From Candidatus Bathyarchaeia archaeon (GTDB lineage Archaea; Thermoproteota; Bathyarchaeia; 40CM-2-53-6), in NCBI GenBank assembly GCA_049513715.1, contig JBEKVV010000004.1:64001-128000 (forward strand): DNA of 64,000 nucleotides, in the 5' to 3' direction. Positions 1 to 9,581 of this stretch are shown here, one piece after another. The translations under genes and the position numbers were made by a program. Under the pieces are notes generated by a model. It had not been told where the DNA came from and ran no database searches. It saw nothing but the letters and a program-made list of their open reading frames with translations. Within the stretch, counting starts at the first letter, position 1. Each line of letters begins with the position of its first letter.

Positions 1-248
1 TTACGACGAACATGGAGAAACTCCGGCAGTTTCTGCCCACATACTTGCCCACTAAGGAAGATTCCGACAAAGTTCGAGAGAGATTAGACAAGCTCCGTCA
101 AATGATTGATGAAGCTCCGAAGAGTAGCAGATGGAAACTGAGGGCTATGGTTGGCGAGAAGAAAACGTGGTACGAGTTACCGGAAGCTGACCGCTCAATC
201 GTTGAGTCACGGTTTGGGACAGGGCAGAATAGTTCGTCACAAGCATAG
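1..248 (+). CDS. 3' end of uncharacterised nucleotidyltransferase-like protein (partial; paralog of 37253-38034)
   Basis: The frame is open from the window edge (TTNMEK...PKSSRWKLRAMVGEKKTWYE) and aligns by eye with FTTNLAK...PKTFAWKMRAKIGTKNKWYK of ORF 37600-38034. Confidence 0.7.
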   Translation, partial: TTNMEKLRQFLPTYLPTKEDSDKVRERLDKLRQMIDEAPKSSRWKLRAMVGEKKTWYELPEADRSIVESRFGTGQNSSSQA

Positions 249-447
249 CGATACGGAGACATCTGAAACACCTGAAGACACTTTCTCATTTTCAACCATC
301 TTGCGCTGCTCGCTACTCCAAAGAATGAATCTACAATCAATAGATCGGCGCGAAAATCATTCTTGAACAAAGTCATGAGACTCCATATATACGAAGGTTT
401 TATATCGCGAACGGAGCGAAAACGACAAAGCTGCGAGAGGACGTAGC

Positions 448-2028
448 TTGACAAAAGCTCCCGGAGCCAAGTTATTTGTTCGTGAAGCCACTGGACTAGT
501 TAGACAACTATCGTCGTTTGACGTATTCGTTTGGAGCATAATTTACTTCCCGTGGCTTACCAGTTGGGCAGGCATTTTCTGGGTTACGCCGAGCTACTAT
601 CAGAACGTGAACTACTATGCAGCGTTGGCTCTCTGGGCTGTCGTGGCAATGGTCATCGTCCTTCTTTACTGGCAGGTTACTGTCGTGATGCCGAGAGCCG
701 GAGGAGACTACATATTCATTTCACGATCCACGACTGGCATACTCGGTTTTGTCGCAAGTTTTCTATTCCTGATGGGGGTAGTGGCCTCAGCGGGCGGCGG
801 TTCCTACTGGGCCTTCGCAGAAACCGGAACTCAACTGTCTTTTGCCGGGCAAGTCTTGAATGACCCAAGCATAACAGCATTGGGCACACTGATTACGCCC
901 TTCACAACAGACAACCCAACATTGCTGTTCGGGATTGGCTTGGTCCTGATGATAGTTGGTGGTATAGCAATCGCCCTGGGAGGAAAGGTCTTCAGAATGA
1001 TCGTCTACTCCTTCTTCGCATATGGACTCCTTGTACTAGGATTCTCAGTTGTTGTATTCCTGACACACTCTCCAGCGAATTTCGCCGCAGCGTACGCCCA
1101 ATATTTCCAAGGAGGCGTTCCCAAAGTATTCTCTGACGCAGCAGCGAAAGGGTATACTCCAGGTACATCGCTTCTCGCTTTGGGCGCTCTCGTGCCAGTT
1201 CTCTTCGTAAGCATCGGGCCATATCCAGTTATGCAGATGGTTGGGGGTGAGGTGAAGAATCCTCGACGCTCTCTTCTCTACGGCTTGGTTCTCGCTGAAG
1301 TTGTGTCGATTCTGGTCTGGTTCGGGTTAACGTACTTGTTTGACAGCGTGGTTGGAATCAGCTTCCTTGAAGCGTGGACGTTAACAGCAGGCGGAGGATT
1401 TTCTACAGTCCCAACAGTCTTCGTCACCTTATTCTATCCAAGCGTTGCAGTGTTGTGGTTCTTATGTATCGGCCTCTTTATCGGAAACATAGGTTGGTCA
1501 TGGCTTGGATTAGTTTTCATGAGTAGGCTCGTGATGTCTTGGTCATTTGACCGTGTGTTCCCATCTGCATTTGCCAATGTCAACGAAAGATTTCATACGC
1601 CACATGTCGCGATCGCGTTGGCATGCATTCTGGCCACCTGCTCAATGTATCTGATTTACTTCACATCTTTCATCACTGCGCAGGTTAACGGAATATTCCT
1701 CTTCTCAATTGTGTGGTTAGTGACCGCCATAAGTGCCATAATCCTACCGTTCCGAAGAAAGAGCTTGTTCGAGTCTTCGGCTGGCCGGTCGAAAATAGGT
1801 GGAGTTCCGGTTATTTCTCTGCTAGGCTTGGTGGGCGCAATCCTGTTCGCCTGGTTAGCATACAACGCGACAACAAACCCTGCTATAGGATCCTTAGCTC
1901 CAAGCGCTCAGCTCTTCGTTGCGGTATTAGTTATTGTTCCAGTAGTAATCTTCGCTGCCTCCTATTACTACAACAAGTCCCGCGGAATAGATCTCAGATT
2001 AGTCGCAGGCGAACTCCCACCCGACTGA
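448..2028 (+). CDS. APC-family amino acid/amine permease
   Basis: 526 aa with about 12 hydrophobic segments. Motifs: LFVREATGLVR N-terminus, MPRAGGDY, GEVKNP, SRLVMSWSFDRVFP, C-terminal ELPPD. Confidence 0.9.
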   Translation: MTKAPGAKLFVREATGLVRQLSSFDVFVWSIIYFPWLTSWAGIFWVTPSYYQNVNYYAALALWAVVAMVIVLLYWQVTVVMPRAGGDYIFISRSTTGILGFVASFLFLMGVVASAGGGSYWAFAETGTQLSFAGQVLNDPSITALGTLITPFTTDNPTLLFGIGLVLMIVGGIAIALGGKVFRMIVYSFFAYGLLVLGFSVVVFLTHSPANFAAAYAQYFQGGVPKVFSDAAAKGYTPGTSLLALGALVPVLFVSIGPYPVMQMVGGEVKNPRRSLLYGLVLAEVVSILVWFGLTYLFDSVVGISFLEAWTLTAGGGFSTVPTVFVTLFYPSVAVLWFLCIGLFIGNIGWSWLGLVFMSRLVMSWSFDRVFPSAFANVNERFHTPHVAIALACILATCSMYLIYFTSFITAQVNGIFLFSIVWLVTAISAIILPFRRKSLFESSAGRSKIGGVPVISLLGLVGAILFAWLAYNATTNPAIGSLAPSAQLFVAVLVIVPVVIFAASYYYNKSRGIDLRLVAGELPPD

Positions 2029-2348
2029 GGTCCAGGAACGGCAAGTCACGCCTGCGATTCGAGCAGCGTTTGGAATAGCGGAAGCTTGGCTCGCATTCAT
2101 CCCTGTTTCACTTGACTGAAAGATCATGGCGGCTTGATGAGTCGCCCAGGGCCTAAACAAGTACTTAGGACACTGGAAAGCGTGCTCGCTTGTGAAGGCT
2201 TCACAGTTACAAAGAGACGAACGAGGATGAGAGCTTCGAGTTGCTGGACCCTGTTCGAAAGCAACATCAGACCAGAAAATCAGAAACAGTCATACTAGCG
2301 CATCTGGGTCGGTTATTCGAAATCGGGGCAAGTGCAAAACATGTTTAC

Positions 2349-2738
2349 TTATATCAGATGGGACGCGGCTTTCATGAAGCGCATCAGGGTTGGATGAGAC
2401 TCCTCGGTGAGTTCTGCGACTCTCATCAGTTTGACGGCGTCGACGATCGATCCATTTATGGTGTATGCGCCAGAAGAGAAACCCTGGTCGAATTTCATTC
2501 TGCCTGTCATGACTTGGAAAAACTTCCCAGAGTCGGAGGTGAACACGAGATCTGGATTGTGGGTTTTACCAGCTCGACACGTAAAGTGGCCATCGACGAT
2601 CTCGATGAAAAATGGATCTTCTCCAGATAGTAGGAACTGGATCTTTCTGTCCCAGCCAATCAATATTGGCTTCACACTAGGGGTTCTATTTGTCATCCAA
2701 TTCAGGAAACGGAACGCCATTCCACATTTGCCGATCAT
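2349..2738 (-). CDS. SCP2 sterol/lipid-binding domain protein
   Basis: SCP2-like pattern (IQF..GEDPFFIEI..G..PDLVF..F..VMTG..YTINGS..DAVKL); paralog of 46797-47228. Confidence 0.75.
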   Translation of the reverse strand: MIGKCGMAFRFLNWMTNRTPSVKPILIGWDRKIQFLLSGEDPFFIEIVDGHFTCRAGKTHNPDLVFTSDSGKFFQVMTGRMKFDQGFSSGAYTINGSIVDAVKLMRVAELTEESHPTLMRFMKAASHLI

Positions 2739-2832
2739 CGACGGTTCGTTCTCAATGATGATGTGTTAGCTTACAAGTGTTTCCGGTCGTCAGTTATCCA
2801 GCGTATATAAAATACGTATGAAAGAATAATAC

Positions 2833-4380
2833 GTGTGTGGTGTAGACTTCCGCGCGATTTCCTTGTATAAATGCTCATTATGTCAGAAAGAAATCCGTGA
2901 AGGGCAACGTCCTGACTACTCGCCCATAAGAGGAATGGTGCACTATGCATGTCATGTTGGCCTCATAAAGAGTGAAGTACCAACTACAACAGCAAACGAA
3001 ATCTCTAATGTGCCTTGGCTTGAATCACTGAATAAGATCGTGGGACCAGAAAATGTGAAGACCCTTTACTTGGAGCGAGCGTATTATTTCCGGGATCACT
3101 CCACAGATTTTATCGACCTCGCACATGGCCATGTGCCTGATGCTGTGGTACTCCCTACTAACGAAGATGAAGTGTCCCAGTTGGTGGCCTTTGCAGCCAA
3201 AGAAAAGATCGCGATAATTCCGAGAGGGTCGGGAACCGGGTTTATGGGGGGTTCTGTAGCCGTCGGCGGTGGAATAGTTGTGGACCTAACCGGAATGAGC
3301 AGGATTATCGAAATCGACGAACACAATTACCGTGTCACAGCCGAATCCGGAGCGAATATGCAAGCCGTCGAACACGAACTCAACAAGAAAGGTTTGACTC
3401 TTGGCTTTGACCCTGGAAGCATGCCAGCTGTGTCGATAGGCGGCTCTGTCTCCACAGATCAGATTGGTGGGGATGGTTGGTACAGCAATGTGGGGTCAAT
3501 GAGACACAGGGTCATGTGTCTGAGAGTGGTTCTACCCGATGGTGGTGTTGTCAGTACAGGGCGGATGGTAGATCGCTCCTCCTCGACGGTAAATCTAACC
3601 CAACTCTTCCTTGGTGCGGAGGGAGCATTCGGAATCGTTTCTCAAGTCACTCTTAGAGTCTTTCCTCTGCCGGAAACGACTGATTTGCGGGTCGTGGTTT
3701 TTGATAGTTTCCGGCAAGCCGCCGGTGCTACCATGGAAATGATGCGTGTTGGGGTTTGGCCTCCTATACATCATACCGTTGAGGTCGTGAGGCCCGACGA
3801 GTCATCTGACAATAATGTGGTGAACTCCTTCGGAATGCTTGTTCTTGGTTTCGCTGGGTCGAAGGAGGTTGTGGCTGCACAAAGGGAAAGAACGCTATCG
3901 ATATGTGTGTCAAACGGCGGAGTGGACGCGGGTAAGCAAGCAGCGAACGATTACTGGGAACGTCATCATGAAGCTTACCCGGCCAATCTTCCCGGTAACA
4001 AGGTTTACGGGATGGAGGTCGTGTCGCTTCCACTCACCAAAGTGCTCCCAGTTTATGACGAATTCTGCTCCACAATCAGAAAACATGGCATGCAAAGGTA
4101 CGGATCCGGATTTGGGCTATTCCCTACGACGATGTGGGTTGGATATATTTTTGACAATACCGAGGATGGGCTTAAGGTAAAGACGGCTGCCACTGAGGAG
4201 ATGCTGAAGGCAGCCACAGGAGCAGGCGGGACAATTTCTGGGGTCCATGGAGTCGGTTACATCAAGAGAGATTACTCTTCCTTTGAATTCGACAACGACC
4301 AGTTAGCGCTAATACGAAGGTTGAAGAAAGCGCTTGATCCAAACGGAATCATGAACCCTGGGAAGGGCCCCTACGCTTAA
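2833..4380 (+). CDS. FAD-linked oxidoreductase (GlcD/D-lactate dehydrogenase/VAO family) with N-terminal Cys/His finger
   Basis: Motifs PDAVVLP, PRGSGTGFMGG, DPGS, GAEGAFGIVS, GGTISGVHGVG, LDPNGIMNPGK. Exact start uncertain. Confidence 0.9.
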   Translation: MCGVDFRAISLYKCSLCQKEIREGQRPDYSPIRGMVHYACHVGLIKSEVPTTTANEISNVPWLESLNKIVGPENVKTLYLERAYYFRDHSTDFIDLAHGHVPDAVVLPTNEDEVSQLVAFAAKEKIAIIPRGSGTGFMGGSVAVGGGIVVDLTGMSRIIEIDEHNYRVTAESGANMQAVEHELNKKGLTLGFDPGSMPAVSIGGSVSTDQIGGDGWYSNVGSMRHRVMCLRVVLPDGGVVSTGRMVDRSSSTVNLTQLFLGAEGAFGIVSQVTLRVFPLPETTDLRVVVFDSFRQAAGATMEMMRVGVWPPIHHTVEVVRPDESSDNNVVNSFGMLVLGFAGSKEVVAAQRERTLSICVSNGGVDAGKQAANDYWERHHEAYPANLPGNKVYGMEVVSLPLTKVLPVYDEFCSTIRKHGMQRYGSGFGLFPTTMWVGYIFDNTEDGLKVKTAATEEMLKAATGAGGTISGVHGVGYIKRDYSSFEFDNDQLALIRRLKKALDPNGIMNPGKGPYA

Positions 4381-4517
4381 TGCCTTTGCAAATCTAATAG
4401 TGCCTTCCTCTCATTTTCTCCTACCAAATGTTCCACCAACATTGACTAGCAATGGCGTATCGGCTTCGGGCAACTCCGAACAGCTTATAGGATTAGTGCG
4501 AGGCAGTCGACTAGCGA

Positions 4518-5261
4518 TTGATTATGTTTGATGGGATTCCAATTGTGGATGCTCACTGTCACATTGGCTATTTTGGCGGATGGGCCAATGTGGGAATTAC
4601 TTCCGAAGAACTGATGGCATTAAACAAGCAATTCAACGTGGTGCACTCGGTGGTGTTCACACAGCCAAACAGTTTGACTGCCGAAGCTGCAAAGAGATAC
4701 CCGCGTAACCTTACTGGTTATGTTTGGCTTAATCCGTTCGATGGAGACAAGGCCATCAGCGAGCTGCACACCGCGGTCAAAGAATGGGGCTGCAAGGGCG
4801 TAAAGCTGCATCCGCTGTTTCAGGCTTTCATCGCTGATGACCCGATAGTTTACCCAATAATGGATGAAGCCAGAAAACTCAAGATTCCTGTTGCCATTCA
4901 CTCTGGTCACCCGCCCTTTTCACTCCCATGGAGCATCGGCGAGTTGGCGGAGGTCTACCCGGACGTTACTGTTGTGATGCTTCATATGGGACACGGCCAC
5001 GGTCTATACATACGGGCAGCAATCAACGCGGCAAAGAGATACCCCAACATAGTTCTGGAGACATCTGGTATGCCAATGCACACCAAGATCAAAGAGGCAA
5101 TGGAGACCGTTGGAGAAGACCGGGTCATGTACGGATGCGATATTCCGTTTCATCATCCCTCCGTTGAACTCCAACGCATCAAGATGGCGGGACTAAATGA
5201 GAATCAGCTTCGAAAGATACTGCATGACAATGCAGTAGAAAAACTCGGTTTAATCTTCTGA
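4518..5261 (+). CDS. Amidohydrolase-2 family metal-dependent hydrolase
   Basis: DAHCH, GVKLHP, IHSG, LHMG and MYGCDIP metal-ligand pattern. Confidence 0.9.
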   Translation: MIMFDGIPIVDAHCHIGYFGGWANVGITSEELMALNKQFNVVHSVVFTQPNSLTAEAAKRYPRNLTGYVWLNPFDGDKAISELHTAVKEWGCKGVKLHPLFQAFIADDPIVYPIMDEARKLKIPVAIHSGHPPFSLPWSIGELAEVYPDVTVVMLHMGHGHGLYIRAAINAAKRYPNIVLETSGMPMHTKIKEAMETVGEDRVMYGCDIPFHHPSVELQRIKMAGLNENQLRKILHDNAVEKLGLIF

Positions 5262-5395
5262 TCAGAACTGTGACCTTAGGCCAGGTTTGTAATTTTCGAC
5301 TCAGCGCCGACTACGTTCAAACCATCTGACGTGGTCGGGAAACTCGCCGAGTCAAGCTGAAATGATGCAATGTAGCAGGTGACTTTGAATCAAGG

Positions 5396-6388
5396 TTATA
5401 TTACCGCAAAACGGCATTCGCAGTGTTTGGAGCATTGCCTTACCAGGTTCTCTCCTGACAAGTAGAGGTCTGTGCTGAAATACCTCTCAGTTCTGTCAGG
5501 TAGTAATGTCACCAGGCTCTTGTTGCGACCAATTTCATTGAGCACATTGATTGAAGCTAGCACGTTCGCTCCTGAGGAGACGCCGACCATCAGACCTAGG
5601 TTTCGTGAAAGTTGTTTCGCCATTTCCACTGCGTCATCGCTCTTGATTGCGACCACTTCGTCTACTTGGTTCATATTCACGATTTCTGGTATGAACCCGT
5701 CTCCGATGCCAGTAATCTTGTGGTCGTGGAGGTCCTTTCTGCCGGAGAGGACAGCTGCTTCTTCCGGTTCCACGGCGACCAAACGAAGTTTCGGGTTTTT
5801 CTCCCTGAGGGCCTTTCCGACGCCCATCAATGTTCCCCCCGTGCCAACGCCTGCCACAAAAGCGTCGATCGATTCAGTTCCCATTTGTTGAAGAATTTCT
5901 TTCCCTGTAGTGTTGTAGTGGGCCATGGTGTTGTCGGGGTTACTGAATTGGTTGGTCAGGAAATAGCGGTGGTCGCTTTCGGCTATCTTCGCGGCCCTTG
6001 CGACGGCTCCTTCAAAACCCTCGGCCTTAGGTGTCAGACAAAGCTCCGCTCCAAGGTTAGTCATTAGGCGGATTCGTTCCCCGGTCATATGTTCGGGCAT
6101 TACGACAAGCATTTTGTAGCCCTTTGCTGCGGCCACCATTGAAAGGGCTATGCCCGTGTTTCCGCTTGTCGCCTCGATGATAGTATAACCCGGTTTCAGA
6201 AGGCCTCGTTTCTCTCCTTGTTCTATCATGTATTTTGCGATGCGGTCCTTCACGCTCCCGCTTGGGTTCATAAATTCTAATTTCGCATGCATTCGACAGG
6301 TCCTGCCTTCAAAGTCTATGTTCAGGATTTGAAGGGGAGTGTTCCCCACGTAATTGAGAACTGATCCTTGCGATGTTAGTGACTTCAC
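5396..6388 (-). CDS. cysK: PLP-dependent cysteine synthase family protein
   Basis: KLEFMNPSGSVKDR (PLP Lys), EATSGNTG, GVGTGGT, GVSSGAN; short Cys-rich tail CSKHCEC. Confidence 0.88.
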   Translation of the reverse strand: MKSLTSQGSVLNYVGNTPLQILNIDFEGRTCRMHAKLEFMNPSGSVKDRIAKYMIEQGEKRGLLKPGYTIIEATSGNTGIALSMVAAAKGYKMLVVMPEHMTGERIRLMTNLGAELCLTPKAEGFEGAVARAAKIAESDHRYFLTNQFSNPDNTMAHYNTTGKEILQQMGTESIDAFVAGVGTGGTLMGVGKALREKNPKLRLVAVEPEEAAVLSGRKDLHDHKITGIGDGFIPEIVNMNQVDEVVAIKSDDAVEMAKQLSRNLGLMVGVSSGANVLASINVLNEIGRNKSLVTLLPDRTERYFSTDLYLSGENLVRQCSKHCECRFAVI

Positions 6389-6409
6389 GGGGAGGGCCTC
6401 TAGGTTAGG

Positions 6410-7360
6410 TTAGTGCTTCAAGTGTGGAAGGACCTCATCCGCAAACCATTTGATTTGCTTTTCCTGGTTATGAGAACTGAAGCGAATCGCGAAAACACGA
6501 GCTCCCGCATCGTGGAACGCGTTTATGATTTTCACCGCGTCCTTAGGCGACCCGAATGGTCCCCACCGGTCGAGTGGCGGCGCTGCACCATAGTACTTTG
6601 TGAGATAATCAACTGTTTCTGATTTGGCTTTGGATGAGTCATCGTTCAAGTTCATGGTCATGTAGAGCGACGAAATCATTTCTTTCTTCGGAGCGAATGA
6701 CTGAACTTTCGACAATCCTTCTTTGAATTCGTTAGGAAAAACTTCTGCCGACATCCAGCCATCGGTGAATCTAGCGGTTCGTTCGAAGGCTGTGGAGACC
6801 ATTCCACTTGACATTAGGATCTTAGGCCCACCTTCAGTATATGGTTTGGGATCTAGCGTCACATCTTGAAGGCTACAGGTTTTTCCTATGAAATTCACTC
6901 TCTCTTTGCTCCACAGCATCTTCATGACCTTCACGGTCTCATCAGTTCGGCTTATGCGCTGTTTGAAGGGAATGCCGCAACCCTCGAATTCTCTGCGATA
7001 GATTTCCATGGGCCCGCCCACACCAACACCGATTAGCAGCTTCCCAGCGGCAATCAGATCCAAAGTTGCAATCGCGTGCGCAAGAACTACCGGATGCCTT
7101 AGAGCGGGCAGCAGAACCGACATTCCGAGAGTTGATTTTGGACAAACAGCAGCCACCGCGGCCAAGGTTGTGAAAGGATCAAGTCGGGGTTTGGCCAGAA
7201 TACTGTCGCCGACCCAGAGCGAGTTAAACCCAGATTTCTCCGCGAGTTCAGCGAGGTCGAGGATGGTTCGAAAGTCTGGCTTCCCGCCCTTCTGCACGAG
7301 CCCTCTTGTGGGGAGCAAATATCCGTATGATGTTTCGTTATTCATGTCATCGCGTTCCAT
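6410..7360 (-). CDS. LLM-class (luciferase-like) flavin/F420-dependent oxidoreductase
   Basis: AEKSGFNSLWVGDS, LRHPVVLAHAIATLD, PKP..GPKI. Confidence 0.88.
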   Translation of the reverse strand: MERDDMNNETSYGYLLPTRGLVQKGGKPDFRTILDLAELAEKSGFNSLWVGDSILAKPRLDPFTTLAAVAAVCPKSTLGMSVLLPALRHPVVLAHAIATLDLIAAGKLLIGVGVGGPMEIYRREFEGCGIPFKQRISRTDETVKVMKMLWSKERVNFIGKTCSLQDVTLDPKPYTEGGPKILMSSGMVSTAFERTARFTDGWMSAEVFPNEFKEGLSKVQSFAPKKEMISSLYMTMNLNDDSSKAKSETVDYLTKYYGAAPPLDRWGPFGSPKDAVKIINAFHDAGARVFAIRFSSHNQEKQIKWFADEVLPHLKH

Positions 7361-7469
7361 CTTGTTTGATTTAAGTCCACGATATGTACCATAAATAACG
7401 TAAGACGTTCCTTTGAATTAACGAAAACCGAACGAACTTGTTAATAGCGAAGCAGACAACTGAGGCTTT

Positions 7470-8618
7470 ATGATTGAACCTCCTCGCACAATGATGTCGA
7501 CTGGGCCAGTGGAAGTTTCACCCCGAGTTCTCAGGGCACTTGGCACAAGAGTCATTCATCACAGCCGCCCAGAGTTCGGAAAGATATATGAAAAGATGCT
7601 AAGCGATTTGCAGGAAATTTGGAAGACAAAGAACGATATGGTGGTTCTCCACGGTGAAGGAATTATTGGCTTAGAATCCTCAATCGCATGCATGATTAAC
7701 CCGGGGCAGAAAATCATTGTGACCAGCGCGGGTGTCTTCGGTTCTTGGTTCAAGCAATTGATTGAATCACATGAAGGGGTTCCAATAGTTGTTGAAAGTG
7801 ACCCGAGCATGGAGCCAGACTTGGAAAGCGTGAAGACTGTTTTGGATGAGAATCCGGACGCTGCGTTGGTTGTGGGGGTTCACGGTGAAACTGTTGCGGG
7901 CATCGTGAATCCTGTGAACGAGATTTGCAGGTTGGCAAGGAAGAATGGCATTCTGACTGCTATCGATGCCATCGCCACAACTGGGGGGCAGGAGGTTCAG
8001 ACTGATGGATGGAAAATAGACCTGTGCATTGGCGCGAGCCAGCACTGCCTATCTGCACCCCCGGGCCTCACGCAAATCTCAGTTAGCGCGGAGGCGTGGG
8101 AGCAAATGGAGAAGAAGAAAAAGCCGATCAGAAATTCCTACCTGAGTATTCTGGATATGCGAGAAGCTTGGATCAAAGGGCACTACTTCCCCTACACCCC
8201 ATCAGTGTCTGGGGTTTACGCATTAGCCGAGTCATGCGCGGAAATCCTTGATGAAGGGTTAGAGAATGTGTTCCACCGTCACCATGACACTGCAGAAACT
8301 GTAAGGAGAGGCGTTGAGGGGATGGGTTTGAGGCTGTTTGCCGCTGACAAACGCTATGCATTGGACGTCAGCACCACTGTTCGATTGCCAGACGGCATAA
8401 ACGATACAGAATTGCTCGATGCGCTGGTAGCTCGCCATAGCGTTCTGCTTGCTGGTGGATTTAGGGAACTTAAGGGCAAGATCATTCGAATTGGGCATTC
8501 AGGGTACGCAGCTACAATATCCAACGCAATAGCAAGCTTGGCTGCGCTTGAAACCGAGTTCAGGCGGCTTGGGCACAAGTGCGCTCCTGGAAGCGCCGTC
8601 ACTGCCGCCCTATCGTAG
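7470..8618 (+). CDS. Class-V aminotransferase, pyridoxamine-pyruvate aminotransferase-like, with catalytic Lys replaced by His
   Basis: TGPVE, LHGEGIIGLE, HGET, IDAIA, SQHCLSAPPG (H where the paralog has K), FPYTPSVS, RIGH. Confidence 0.85.
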   Translation: MIEPPRTMMSTGPVEVSPRVLRALGTRVIHHSRPEFGKIYEKMLSDLQEIWKTKNDMVVLHGEGIIGLESSIACMINPGQKIIVTSAGVFGSWFKQLIESHEGVPIVVESDPSMEPDLESVKTVLDENPDAALVVGVHGETVAGIVNPVNEICRLARKNGILTAIDAIATTGGQEVQTDGWKIDLCIGASQHCLSAPPGLTQISVSAEAWEQMEKKKKPIRNSYLSILDMREAWIKGHYFPYTPSVSGVYALAESCAEILDEGLENVFHRHHDTAETVRRGVEGMGLRLFAADKRYALDVSTTVRLPDGINDTELLDALVARHSVLLAGGFRELKGKIIRIGHSGYAATISNAIASLAALETEFRRLGHKCAPGSAVTAALS

Positions 8619-8735
8619 AGCAAGGTAAATTGGTCCAGGCAGCCTGTTTGTATTTGTCCGCTAGTTTCTTGTATCACTGCCTTGGTTCAAGTGCGGCAAA
8701 ACGACAGCTTTCTGGGAGATGAACACGGAGCCTTC

Positions 8736-9581
8736 TTACGGGGGTTTGATTCCCATGAGATGATAGAGTATGTTTAGAGTGTAGATGATTCCGGGTTTCG
8801 GCGTGATGATTTGGATATAGTATCCGAGAATCATGGCTGCGATGCAGACTACTGTGGCGTAGTAGTCTAGGGGTTTGAATTTTAGCTCGTGCATGTAAGT
8901 TCGATTGGCTATATTTCCGAAGCCCTTTGATTCGATCGCCGCCGCAATCTGATAACCCCGGCGTATTGAGGTCATGATGATTGGAAAGAGTGTTGGGAGC
9001 ATTGCTCGAACTCGTCGCAGTGGATTTCGATACTCGAACACCCACCCGCGAGCTTTTTGGGCATCCATAATGTTGCCTACTTGTGTCACGAGGACTGGCA
9101 CGTAAGAGAAACCGATGCTTAGCGCAACGCCCAACTCCTTGGGCAACTTAAGCTTAACAAGAGCAAGGACATAGTCTGAAACAGTGGTTGTTAGAGTCAG
9201 AAGCCTGTACGCTGTCACCATCAGAATGAATCGTGCAACAACCCCTAAGGAGAACACGATTCCCTCCAGAGACACTGTATACCCATTAAGCATATACTGG
9301 GGTAGCAGGGAGAAGAACTTCGTTGGCCCAACATAAAACCACAGGTTCGTGAGGAAATAGAAAATCGAAATGGGGACGAGGCCTTTGTAAAGGGCTGACA
9401 TTTTGTTCCACGGAATCCGAGAAACTACGATTAAGAAGACAACGTTGGCGTACACTACAGTAAGTAGTATTGGATCGAACAGGAGTGCGCCGAGTACGAT
9501 GTTGGCTCCAAGCCACAGCAATTTTATTCTTGGGTCAAGCCTGTGCATCACTGAATTGCCTGGGTAGTATTCAAATGCCAT
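8736..9581 (-). CDS. ecfT: ECF transporter transmembrane component T
   Basis: HRLDPRIKL, AQKARG and IESKGF coupling motifs. Confidence 0.9.
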   Translation of the reverse strand: MAFEYYPGNSVMHRLDPRIKLLWLGANIVLGALLFDPILLTVVYANVVFLIVVSRIPWNKMSALYKGLVPISIFYFLTNLWFYVGPTKFFSLLPQYMLNGYTVSLEGIVFSLGVVARFILMVTAYRLLTLTTTVSDYVLALVKLKLPKELGVALSIGFSYVPVLVTQVGNIMDAQKARGWVFEYRNPLRRVRAMLPTLFPIIMTSIRRGYQIAAAIESKGFGNIANRTYMHELKFKPLDYYATVVCIAAMILGYYIQIITPKPGIIYTLNILYHLMGIKPP

